From assembly GCA_963812575.1 (NCBI GenBank), contig CAWEVS010000016.1, forward strand, positions 43,772-107,771: a stretch of 64,000 nucleotides of DNA, read 5' to 3'. The notes beneath the pieces were generated by a model. The model did not search any database and was not told the origin of the DNA. It saw only the letters and a list, made by a program, of their open reading frames with translations. Source of the stretch: an uncultured Solirubrobacteraceae bacterium (lineage in GTDB: Bacteria; Actinomycetota; Thermoleophilia; Solirubrobacterales; Solirubrobacteraceae). This document shows, piece by piece, positions 56,776 through 64,000 of the stretch (within the stretch, counting starts at the first letter, position 1; every line of letters starts with the position of its first letter). A program made the position numbers and the translations under genes.

Positions 56776-57395
56776 GTGAAGGCCCTGCGGGCCGGCAAGA
56801 CACCGCCGGCAACCGCGGCGGCGACGACTGCAAACGCGGTCTCTGATGCTCAGCGGCGCCTCGCCAACATCGAGCGAGCCGTGGCCGAGGCGAGAGACGA
56901 CGCGACAAGGTGCTCGAGGAGAGCATGCCCGAGATCGCTGCCTCCGCCAAGAAGCAGGAGCTCGCAGACTGGCGTGCGTATCTCGCAAAGCTCGAAAGCG
57001 TTAGGCCCGAGAGCAAGAAACTCGACTTGAGTGCTTCTGCCTCTCGCTTCTGCAAGACGTAGGACCCCACGGCAAACCGCCCGGTGAATTGGCAGCCAAA
57101 GCAGCGGAAAGTCATTGAGCTTTACCGCGGAAGACACAGAAACGAGCCTGTCGGTCGACGAAGCCCTCGACGCCCTACGCGACCGAGAGACGGCCGTGGA
57201 GGCCGCAGAGAACGCGCCCGAGCCCACTGTGCAACCGCTGAGCCGAGTTTCGGCCGGCAGGGGGGTGTTCGTCGCAGCATGACGACTGATTTCCTCAACG
57301 CGTGCACGGAGCGTCGCGTTCCTCGCGCGCATCGCAGACCGCGCGCTTTCTCGGCAGCGATCAAAGAGCGCGAAGAAGGCAGATTCGCGCGTTGA
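56775..57395 (+). pseudogene. Fragmented mobile-element-like hypothetical gene(s)
   Basis: Coding-like helical stretches in shifting frames starting abruptly at the integrase truncation point. Confidence 0.35.
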
Positions 57396-57501
57396 GCGTT
57401 CTTCGCCGGCGAGCTAGCGCCGCGACCCCGCGCGGAGTGCGCCACCCCTGAGAGCAGCGCTTCCGCGCGGGTCGTGAATGATCCAATGCGTAGCTGTCCG
57501 C

Positions 57502-59109
57502 CTAGTAGTAGGCGTTGATCTCAAACGCTTCTTCGTTGGTCTGAGTCGCCGTGGTGGCAAGACCGATCTGCTCGCTCGACGCGTTCGTGAGCACCGCGAG
57601 GTCGCCCCCTTCGAAGCGTTCCGGTTTTTGCATTCCTTTGGCCTGGAGGTCCTTGACCGTTGCGGTCGTGAACATTTTGTCGGTTGGTGCCGCGGCGATG
57701 ACCGATCCTGACAGGGTCGCCGGTGAGCCTCCACCGCACGTGTATTCGGCGAACGTGCCCGTGTTCCCGACCGGGTACAGATCAAGACCAGCCTTTCGGC
57801 TTTCCTTACCGGCTTTGACCGTAGCGCTATCTATACCGATCACGCCTTCAAGCGTCTCCGTCTGGATTTCGCCTTCGGACAGACTGGAGGTAGAGCACTT
57901 CTGGCCAGCCGATTCGCAGCCGGTCAGCGTCAAGACAACGTTGCCGACGGATTTGACGCCGGTAACTTCGCCAACGCTGTGCTCGCCGGTGCAGGTCACC
58001 TTTACTTTATTGGTGGCTTCCAGCGTCACCTTGCTTCCTGGGTCGCCAGCCGTTTCGAAATGGCCTTTCGAGACCCCGGGACTCCATTCGTACTTGCCCG
58101 TGTCGGTGGAGCTTCTGGATGTGCAAGTCGCGCTCCCGTACTTGCCGCGATAGACCGTTTTCATCCCGATTCTTTCGCTGGTTGCGAGCACGCAGCGCCC
58201 GAATTCCGGAACGCTCGCGGCGACCGGCACGATTGGGTCCTTAAGCGTCCCGACGGCAGGGTCTTCGTCGTAGGGGCCGTTGTCCTGGAGTTCGACCGTG
58301 ATCGTTTCGCCTTCTATTTTGGTTTTGCTGGGTGGATACGGGAGATATTCACCGCCGACGATCTTGTACGCCCCGGTCGGATGGCTGCCCGGCGGCAGCT
58401 TGAACGTAATATTGAACAGCGAGCTTTTGAGTTCGGTGACTTCGTAGGAAAGGCTGCCCACGGGAGCGACGAGACCTTCCGGCAAGCCGCCCGGGGCCGT
58501 TTCCGCCGACAGCGACGTCGCGACGCTGCTCGATGGGTTGATCATCTCGACTTCGCCCGGTCGCGATCCGGCCGATTCGGCAACCGCGAAGAGGCTAGCC
58601 GTCCACGTGCCGTGTTCGCCGATGTCGCTTTCCCACGAACCCGATCCCGTCGTGCCCTGGATCGTTCCCGTGTATTTGACTTTGCTTTTGATGCCGCTGT
58701 AGGGACCAACAGTCCCTTCCAGTGCGGCTTCGAAGTGCTCCGCACCGGTGCACTGGATCGCGCCGCCGTAGGCGCCGGTGAACGACTCCGGTACGAATTT
58801 GCCGGGTTCAAGTTCGTATTGGCCGTTGACTGTGGTCCGACCGTTGAATTCCAGCAGTTCGCTCCCGGGGAACGTTTCCGGTTCGACTTTAACGAACGAT
58901 TCCCAGGTGTTGCTCTGTCGCGGGCCCATCGCGCTCCCGGTCCAGATGGTGTTCGGCGGACGGGCGCAGCTCGCGGACGCCGAGGCGGCCGTGATAAGCG
59001 CGATCAGCAATGCGGCGAGGAGCGCCGCGGTCAAGCTGCGTCGCCTCCATGGCGTTGAAGCAGCCGCGATTCCAGCGCCCTCTGATGGGCTACCAGACGA
59101 GCCAGTCAT
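57502..59109 (-). CDS. Secreted multidomain protein (choice-of-anchor-U-like middle domain, PEFGRC Cys-rich C-terminal domain)
   Basis: Signal LTAALLAALLIALITAASASA; ITVELQDNGPYDED...GTLKDP; PEFGRC. Confidence 0.7.
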   Translation of the reverse strand: MTGSSGSPSEGAGIAAASTPWRRRSLTAALLAALLIALITAASASASCARPPNTIWTGSAMGPRQSNTWESFVKVEPETFPGSELLEFNGRTTVNGQYELEPGKFVPESFTGAYGGAIQCTGAEHFEAALEGTVGPYSGIKSKVKYTGTIQGTTGSGSWESDIGEHGTWTASLFAVAESAGSRPGEVEMINPSSSVATSLSAETAPGGLPEGLVAPVGSLSYEVTELKSSLFNITFKLPPGSHPTGAYKIVGGEYLPYPPSKTKIEGETITVELQDNGPYDEDPAVGTLKDPIVPVAASVPEFGRCVLATSERIGMKTVYRGKYGSATCTSRSSTDTGKYEWSPGVSKGHFETAGDPGSKVTLEATNKVKVTCTGEHSVGEVTGVKSVGNVVLTLTGCESAGQKCSTSSLSEGEIQTETLEGVIGIDSATVKAGKESRKAGLDLYPVGNTGTFAEYTCGGGSPATLSGSVIAAAPTDKMFTTATVKDLQAKGMQKPERFEGGDLAVLTNASSEQIGLATTATQTNEEAFEINAYY

Positions 59110-59542
59110 ATCTTCCCCCGTTACGCGTAGTTGCGGACCCGTCCCTGTCCGACGCGCCCGCCCGTGAGCCGACCGTGTTCGCTTTAGACGATCGGTTGGG
59201 CGCGTGTTTATCATATGAGCCGCCTAAGCGCAACATTGCGCAATCGGCGCGGCGCCTGAGCCCTACAGCGTACGGTTTAGGCGCGATCCTCCCGAACTGG
59301 CGGATGACCCCGACGCTTGACGCTAACCCGAGGGCCTGCCGCCCGACGCCCGAAGGGCCATCGCTGGCTGTGCGCTCGAGGCGGCAGGCGCTGTCCTCGT
59401 CCGCGGCCCTCCGCCACGGGGAGCAACGGAGAGCAGCACTTATCGACTACCCGCGGACGCTCAGGCGAACCCGCGCTCCAGCTCCGCAACCGTCGCGTGC
59501 GCGACGGCCTGCGCCGCGTCGTGACCTTCGACGTTGCGCTCC

Positions 59543-59606
59543 CCAGTGCGCGTTCGTTGTACGCGTCGATCACCCGCTTGGCGACTGCCACGTTCTGCTG
59601 CGACAT
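59543..59606 (-). pseudogene. Truncated SnoaL/NTF2 gene (array unit 8), first 21 codons only
   Basis: MSQQNVAVAKRVIDAYNERAL is identical to the start of 61663..62064, then unrelated sequence. Confidence 0.75.
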
Positions 59607-59609
59607 CGA

Positions 59610-60008
59610 CTACTCCGCCAACCCGACGGCTTCAAGAGCCTTGGCCGGGTTGAGGTACTCCTGAACTCGGGCGATGAGGCCGTCGCGGAATGTGAACACG
59701 AAGCCGATTGGCACGCTTATATCGGCCCCGCTCTGATTCCCCCTGCCTCGCACAGTGCCGATGGCGACGACCGTCTCGCCAGCGTCGAGGACTCGGTCAA
59801 GTGTCACGCGAATGCCCGGCAAGGTCTTCTGCCATTCTCGCTGGTACTCCGCGACGGCCTCCCGCCCCACAAGAGTACGGGCGTCGGGGTGCTCCCTCGC
59901 GACGACCCATTCGATATCGGCCTGGGACAGCCGAAAACTGGCCTCGAGGTCGCCGTCGTTCGAGAACTCATTCGAGCGGCGCACGCTCTCGACGTTCTCG
60001 TGCGACAT
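59610..60008 (-). CDS. SnoaL-like / NTF2 family protein (array unit 7)
   Basis: MSHENVE..., FTFRDGLI.RV..Y, ALEAVGLAE. Confidence 0.85.
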   Translation of the reverse strand: MSHENVESVRRSNEFSNDGDLEASFRLSQADIEWVVAREHPDARTLVGREAVAEYQREWQKTLPGIRVTLDRVLDAGETVVAIGTVRGRGNQSGADISVPIGFVFTFRDGLIARVQEYLNPAKALEAVGLAE

Positions 60009-60011
60009 CGT

Positions 60012-60413
60012 CTACTCCTCCAGTCCGAGGTCGGCGAGTGCGCGACGGAGGTCGTAGTACTTAACGATTCGCACGACCCGGCCGTCGTGAACTTGGACCA
60101 AGTCGGCGCCAAGCGTGGAGAGGGTGTTGAGCTCCAGACCACTTCTCTTGCCGCGCCCGCTGTAATGCAGGAGGACGAGCATGCGTTCATCGTCGAGTTC
60201 ACGGTACTCGTCAACCGTGATACGGGCCTCCTGCCAGACGCTGAGGAGTTCGCGCATGCCATCCGCGAGCTCTGCGAGTCCCCTGAACGTCGCCGGTGTG
60301 GGACCGTCGGCGATCACATACTCGATGCCGGGGTCTGCCCACCGGATGTCGTCATACTCGCCGCGCTCTCTGTCGGCGTAGATGGAGCGCACCAGGTCCA
60401 GGGCCTCCGACAT
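60012..60413 (-). CDS. SnoaL-like / NTF2 family protein (array unit 6)
   Basis: LDLVRSIY, GRGKRSG, DGRV.RIV.Y, ALADLGLEE. Confidence 0.85.
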   Translation of the reverse strand: MSEALDLVRSIYADRERGEYDDIRWADPGIEYVIADGPTPATFRGLAELADGMRELLSVWQEARITVDEYRELDDERMLVLLHYSGRGKRSGLELNTLSTLGADLVQVHDGRVVRIVKYYDLRRALADLGLEE

Positions 60414-60416
60414 CGC

Positions 60417-60809
60417 CTACTCCTCCAGCCCCACGGCTTTGCGAGCCTCCGACTGGTCGAAGTAGAAGAGCGAGCGGATGATCGCCCCGTCTCGAAACGT
60501 CAGCGCGTAACCACATGGCTGGGCAAGTTCGACGCCGCTTCCCGTGCCGTGGAGGCTCAGATCAGCGAGAACGCAAACCTGGTCGCCGACTCCCACAAAG
60601 CGGTGATCTTCGTGATGGAACGGAGACGTGCTCAAGATTCGTTCCCAGTAGGTCAGCGCGGACTCCCGCCCGCGGATCACGTCCTCATCGATTAGGACGG
60701 TGTTGTCCCACTGGACGTCGGGGTCGAGGAAACCTGCTGCCTCTGTAAGTGCGCCCCTGTCAAACGCCTCAAAGTACGCTCGGGCCAAGGCTACGTTCCC
60801 TTTCGACAT
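60417..60809 (-). CDS. SnoaL-like / NTF2 family protein (array unit 5)
   Basis: LDPDVQW, G.GSGV, TFRDG.I.R, ARKAVGLEE. Confidence 0.85.
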   Translation of the reverse strand: MSKGNVALARAYFEAFDRGALTEAAGFLDPDVQWDNTVLIDEDVIRGRESALTYWERILSTSPFHHEDHRFVGVGDQVCVLADLSLHGTGSGVELAQPCGYALTFRDGAIIRSLFYFDQSEARKAVGLEE

Positions 60810-60812
60810 CGC

Positions 60813-61218
60813 CTATTCCGCCAGACCGAGGTCGGCGAGCGCGCGAGCACGGTCCCAGTAGTTGACCAGCCGAGTCACCTTCCCGTCGTCGATGTCGAAC
60901 AGATCGGCTGCCGCCGAGCCCATCTCCTCCACGTCGAGCCCGCTCGATCCGTCCGTGACCACTGCGGTGGATCATCACCAGGATTCGTGTGCGGTCTAGC
61001 TCGCGGTATTCGTCTGCGACAACCCGAAAGCCTTCCCAGGCGTCGAGGAAACGGTGCCAGCCGTAGTACATCCCGGTCACGCCGCGCCAAACGCCGGGAT
61101 CGGGGCCACCGATCATGGCGTACTCGATCTCAGAAGCCGCCCAGGGCGCTGCGTTGAACTTGCCGCGTTCCCATTCCGCGTAGATCGAGCGCACGAGCTC
61201 CAGGTTCTCCTGCGACAT
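60813..61218 (-). CDS. SnoaL-like / NTF2 family protein (array unit 4; frameshift ~60948)
   Basis: [18 protein letters not shown]; shifted tail [27 protein letters not shown]. Confidence 0.8.
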
Positions 61219-61221
61219 CGC

Positions 61222-61659
61222 CTAGTCCGCCAGCCCTACGGCTTTGAGGGCTTCCGAATGGCTGGCGTAAAACTCGGCAAGGGCGATCTTGTCGTCGCGG
61301 ACGCTACATACGCCGGCCGTGCCGCCGTGCACCTCCCCGTCGCTGCCCGCAAGGCGGCCGAAGTCGTGAACGAGCTGCAGCACGCTATCTCCGAGATCGA
61401 CGGCTCGGTCGATCTCTTGGCGGAAGGCGACATACGGTGCCAACCATTGCCGCCAGAAAGCCCTAAAGCCATCCACGCCGACGAAGGCCAGGTCGCCTTC
61501 GGGGCCCCCGTGAACGACCACCTTGAAGTCCGGGCTGAGATATGGGGCGAAGGTCTCCAGGACGGCGTCGAAGAGCGCATCGTCGCGATGTACCTCGACG
61601 AGGTTCAGCCCAGGCGTGTCCAAAAGCCTCATCAGCATGTCCACGTTCTCCTGAGACAT
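61222..61659 (-). CDS. SnoaL-like / NTF2 family protein (array unit 3)
   Basis: MSQENV, G.DGFR.FW..WL, DLGD.V, ALKAVGLAD. Confidence 0.85.
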   Translation of the reverse strand: MSQENVDMLMRLLDTPGLNLVEVHRDDALFDAVLETFAPYLSPDFKVVVHGGPEGDLAFVGVDGFRAFWRQWLAPYVAFRQEIDRAVDLGDSVLQLVHDFGRLAGSDGEVHGGTAGVCSVRDDKIALAEFYASHSEALKAVGLAD

Positions 61660-61662
61660 TGC

Positions 61663-62064
61663 CTACTCCTCCAGTCCGGCGGCTTCGAGAGCCTCGGCGT
61701 GGCTGAGATATGCCCGCGTTCTCGACATCCTGGTGCCGCGGAACTCGGAGAGAAAGCCCTGGGGCATGTCTACTTCGATGCCACTGCCGCGCCCTCGTCC
61801 GAAGAGTCGTCCGAGCGCAAGAACTCGGTCGCCCAGGTCGCGGATCTCCTCTGCGACGACCTTCGTGTGCTCCCACGTTTCGGCGGCCTCCTCGAAGTAC
61901 TCCGCCATCCCGTCGCGTCCGCGGTAGCTACGTCCCTCAACCTCGCGCAGCATGGCCGGGAAGAACTCGAAGTCGGGCGTCACGAGCTCGCTGAGAAGAT
62001 CCAGTGCGCGTTCGTTGTAGGCGTCGATCACCCGCTTGGCGACTGCCACGTTCTGCTGCGACAT
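61663..62064 (-). CDS. SnoaL-like / NTF2 family protein (array unit 2)
   Basis: MSQQNV, YRGRDG, DLGDRV, GRGRGSG, ALEAAGLEE. Confidence 0.85.
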   Translation of the reverse strand: MSQQNVAVAKRVIDAYNERALDLLSELVTPDFEFFPAMLREVEGRSYRGRDGMAEYFEEAAETWEHTKVVAEEIRDLGDRVLALGRLFGRGRGSGIEVDMPQGFLSEFRGTRMSRTRAYLSHAEALEAAGLEE

Positions 62065-62067
62065 CGC

Positions 62068-62469
62068 CTACTCCGCCACGCCGAGATCGGCGAGGGCGCC
62101 TCGGCGGTCGAAATACGTGACAAGCCTCGTCACCTGGCCATCGCGGAGCCGGAACACGGCAGCCGCGCTGGACCCCATCTCAGCGAGGTCCAATCCGCTC
62201 GTCTTGCCCCGTCCCGTGAAGTGCTCGAGCACCAAAACGTGCTCGTCGTCTACCTCGCGGTACTCGTCGGCCGCGACATGCATATCTTCCCATGCGCTCA
62301 GGTTCGCGCGAAGCCCGTCACGCATGCCCTCCAGGCCGCCCCAGCGACCCGGCTCGGGCCCGTCGGCGAATACGAACTCAATCTCCGGATCGACCCAATG
62401 GCTGGCGCTGAAGTCGCCGCGTTCCCATCCCGCGTAGATCGAGCGAACAAGGTCCAGATTCTCGGACAC
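62068..62469 (-). CDS. SnoaL-like / NTF2 family protein (array unit 1)
   Basis: GTG start SENLDLVRSIY..WERGD, GRGKTSG, RDGQVTRLV.Y, ALADLGVAE. Confidence 0.85.
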   Translation of the reverse strand: MSENLDLVRSIYAGWERGDFSASHWVDPEIEFVFADGPEPGRWGGLEGMRDGLRANLSAWEDMHVAADEYREVDDEHVLVLEHFTGRGKTSGLDLAEMGSSAAAVFRLRDGQVTRLVTYFDRRGALADLGVAE

Positions 62470-62478
62470 CGTGGTCTT

Positions 62479-62484
62479 AGTATC
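62479..62484 (-). promoter_or_regulatory. -10-like box (GATACT) heading the SnoaL array
   Basis: GATACT 9 nt upstream of GTG 62469; the same hexamer precedes ccmE and the DUF3467 gene. Confidence 0.5.
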
Positions 62485-62633
62485 CCGCGGCAGCTGGTCG
62501 CTCGCTCTAGCGAGCCGACGGCGCTCGAGGCGCGCGAGTGGTCGCGGTGGGGCCACTCGAGATCGTCGACCGGTCCGCTGCGGGTGGGACAGCCACGGAG
62601 GCAGCCGCCCCACCCATTGCACTCGTCCTTGCT

Positions 62634-63287
62634 CTAGACCATCCGCGGGTCGACGTACAGACCCGAAAGGTGGAAGTCGCTGTTCTTGCTCGTGTTCGCG
62701 AGAATGAAGCGGACTTCCCGGACGCCTTCGGTAGCGCCTGTCAGCTGCGGGTTGACGTTGAACGGACTCGACAGTTCCCAGCCAGACTGTTTGGCGCTGA
62801 GCACGCCAGAGACCTGACCGGTCGGCTTAGAGGCGGCGTAGTAGACGCCAACTGTCACGCCGCCGCCACCTTCGACGTTGTCGACCCACGCGCGAGCGGT
62901 CGGGTACTGCAACGTCACGCATACCGGCGGGCTGATTGCGTAGGAGCCGCTCGGCATGTCGAGAACGCCGCCCGAGCTGCCGTCGGGGCGCGTGCCCTGG
63001 ACGACCTGAGCGCCATTCTTCAGTTCCCAGCCTTCGTTAACCGCGTTGAATTCGCTGCCTTCGACGAGCGTGTAGTAGTTGGAGTCGTTCAGTGCTTCAA
63101 ACGGCTGCGAGAAGGTCTGGCCCGGGCAGACCGCCGCGACTTCGGCGACCGTCGAGACAGCTTCCTTGAGGACCGGCTTGCGGGCCAGCGCCGATGTTGC
63201 CGAGACGCCAAGCAGACCGAGAGAAACAACGGCTGCGCAGCTGAGCTTCCGTGTGATCCTTGATGCCGTGGGGCGAGACAGAGACAT
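62634..63287 (-). CDS. Secreted hypothetical protein (beta-rich, carbohydrate-binding-like)
   Basis: GGAGG RBS; signal peptide; C..Q.FSQPF...D..Y.L..G..F; SPPVC; YVDPR. Confidence 0.75.
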   Translation of the reverse strand: MSLSRPTASRITRKLSCAAVVSLGLLGVSATSALARKPVLKEAVSTVAEVAAVCPGQTFSQPFEALNDSNYYTLVEGSEFNAVNEGWELKNGAQVVQGTRPDGSSGGVLDMPSGSYAISPPVCVTLQYPTARAWVDNVEGGGGVTVGVYYAASKPTGQVSGVLSAKQSGWELSSPFNVNPQLTGATEGVREVRFILANTSKNSDFHLSGLYVDPRMV

Positions 63288-63307
63288 AGTGTCCTCCGTG
63301 ACGTTCC

Positions 63308-63385
63308 ACTGGCGACCGGGCTATCTCATCCTTGAGACCCCTGGTTTTGCGTCCCCGCCTCGCGACGGGTTTGCCCTTTTCAGTG
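63308..63385 (-). ncRNA. Cyclic di-GMP-I (GEMM) riboswitch
   Basis: Minus strand AGGGCAAACCCGTC-GCGA-GGCGGGGACGCAAAACCAGGGGTCTCAAGG...GATAGCCCGGTCGCC fits GGGCAAACC-GNRA-GGACGCAAA...; ~20 nt upstream of the start codon. Confidence 0.88.
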
Positions 63386-63541
63386 TTGGTTGATTTGCTT
63401 CCAAGGGCACTATCGGGCAGAACTGTGTCGTCCTAAAGGGGCAAGGACGTTTGTTCTACTGCGCCGCCGGAAGACCAGCCGCGGCGTCTAACGGTCCGCC
63501 GGCCGGCAAGCGGACCGGCACGCGCGTCGGGGAACGTGCAG

Positions 63542-63928
63542 CTAGTGGCCCGACTCGTCGATCTCCTCGCCGCGCTTCTGAAGGAAGCTTCCCATCGCGC
63601 CAGCGAGGGTCGCAATGACCGTAATCGCCCAAATCTCCATGAAGACGTCGAGCGCCCGCCCGCCAGTGGAGATTGGGTTCTTGATCGAGGAGGAGACCGT
63701 AAGCAGCTGCGTGCTCGTCCAGAAGAAGGCGCTCCCGTACGTCTTAAGGTCGGTTTCTGGCGAGTGGCGCTCTACCAGGAACGCGATGAGCGCGCAGATG
63801 AGGTCGACGCCGAGGGTGGCGAGGGCGACCGCGGTGAGATGGTCGCGAAGCCTGCGGTGCGTCGGGGTCGATGCCCTCGCGACGTTGAATGCCTCCCTTG
63901 CCGCGGAGGCCAGAACCGTGTGTGGCAC
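63542..63928 (-). CDS. Small 2-TM ion-channel-like protein (KcsA-like topology)
   Basis: TM1, YGSAFFWTSTQLLTVSS, NP.S.GGR, TM2. Confidence 0.65.
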   Translation of the reverse strand: MPHTVLASAAREAFNVARASTPTHRRLRDHLTAVALATLGVDLICALIAFLVERHSPETDLKTYGSAFFWTSTQLLTVSSSIKNPISTGGRALDVFMEIWAITVIATLAGAMGSFLQKRGEEIDESGH

Positions 63929-64000
63929 CAGCGCAATATCTCGGGTGGCGCGGACGGGACGAGTGGAGCCAATCGACCTCCGCGGATCACGACCTCCGCC

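Noticed and set aside
55650-62469. Classical integron or diversity-generating retroelement
   Set aside because: No attC hairpins in the 3-nt spacers, the integrase is arm-binding phage type, and there is no reverse transcriptase or adenine-specific TR/VR pair
59010-62637. Long plus-strand ORFs (561 and 527 aa) over the SnoaL array
   Set aside because: Antisense shadows of the in-frame array, with no recognisable protein features

Overview
High-GC actinobacterial chromosome segment. Gene families and style suggest Thermoleophilia/Solirubrobacterales (inference). Many genes, including essential ones (argS, gpmI), carry single-base frameshifts, which most likely reflect long-read errors, so most broken ORFs are not called pseudogenes. 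Left to right: sulfatase, purM, a secreted protein followed by six MCE/MlaD genes and an MlaF/MceG ATPase, a LexA-box-led imuB/small-ORF/dnaE2 cassette, a tandem ~109-bp hairpin repeat, lipid/ABC genes, uvrC-rapZ-gap-pgk-tpiA-gpmI, a Ser/Thr kinase module, argS, ccmH/ccmG, tRNA-Gly(CCC), two polysaccharide deacetylases split by a ZnuA-like fragment, a degenerate SGNH-like secreted protein, tauE, acyl-CoA dehydrogenase, Rrf2 and a CxxxY-type ccmE. From ~55.6 kb an apparently lower-GC accessory region holds a decayed tyrosine integrase, secreted proteins, a c-di-GMP-I riboswitch and a 2-TM channel-like gene. The most striking element is there: a head-to-tail array of 7 full plus 1 truncated SnoaL/NTF2-like genes (59.5-62.5 kb). 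They have divergent cores but a conserved junction (...GGx-TAG-nCR-ATG-TC...), all stop on TAG in one continuous reading frame, and six are bracketed by a 78-bp direct repeat. This looks like a cassette-type diversification array.
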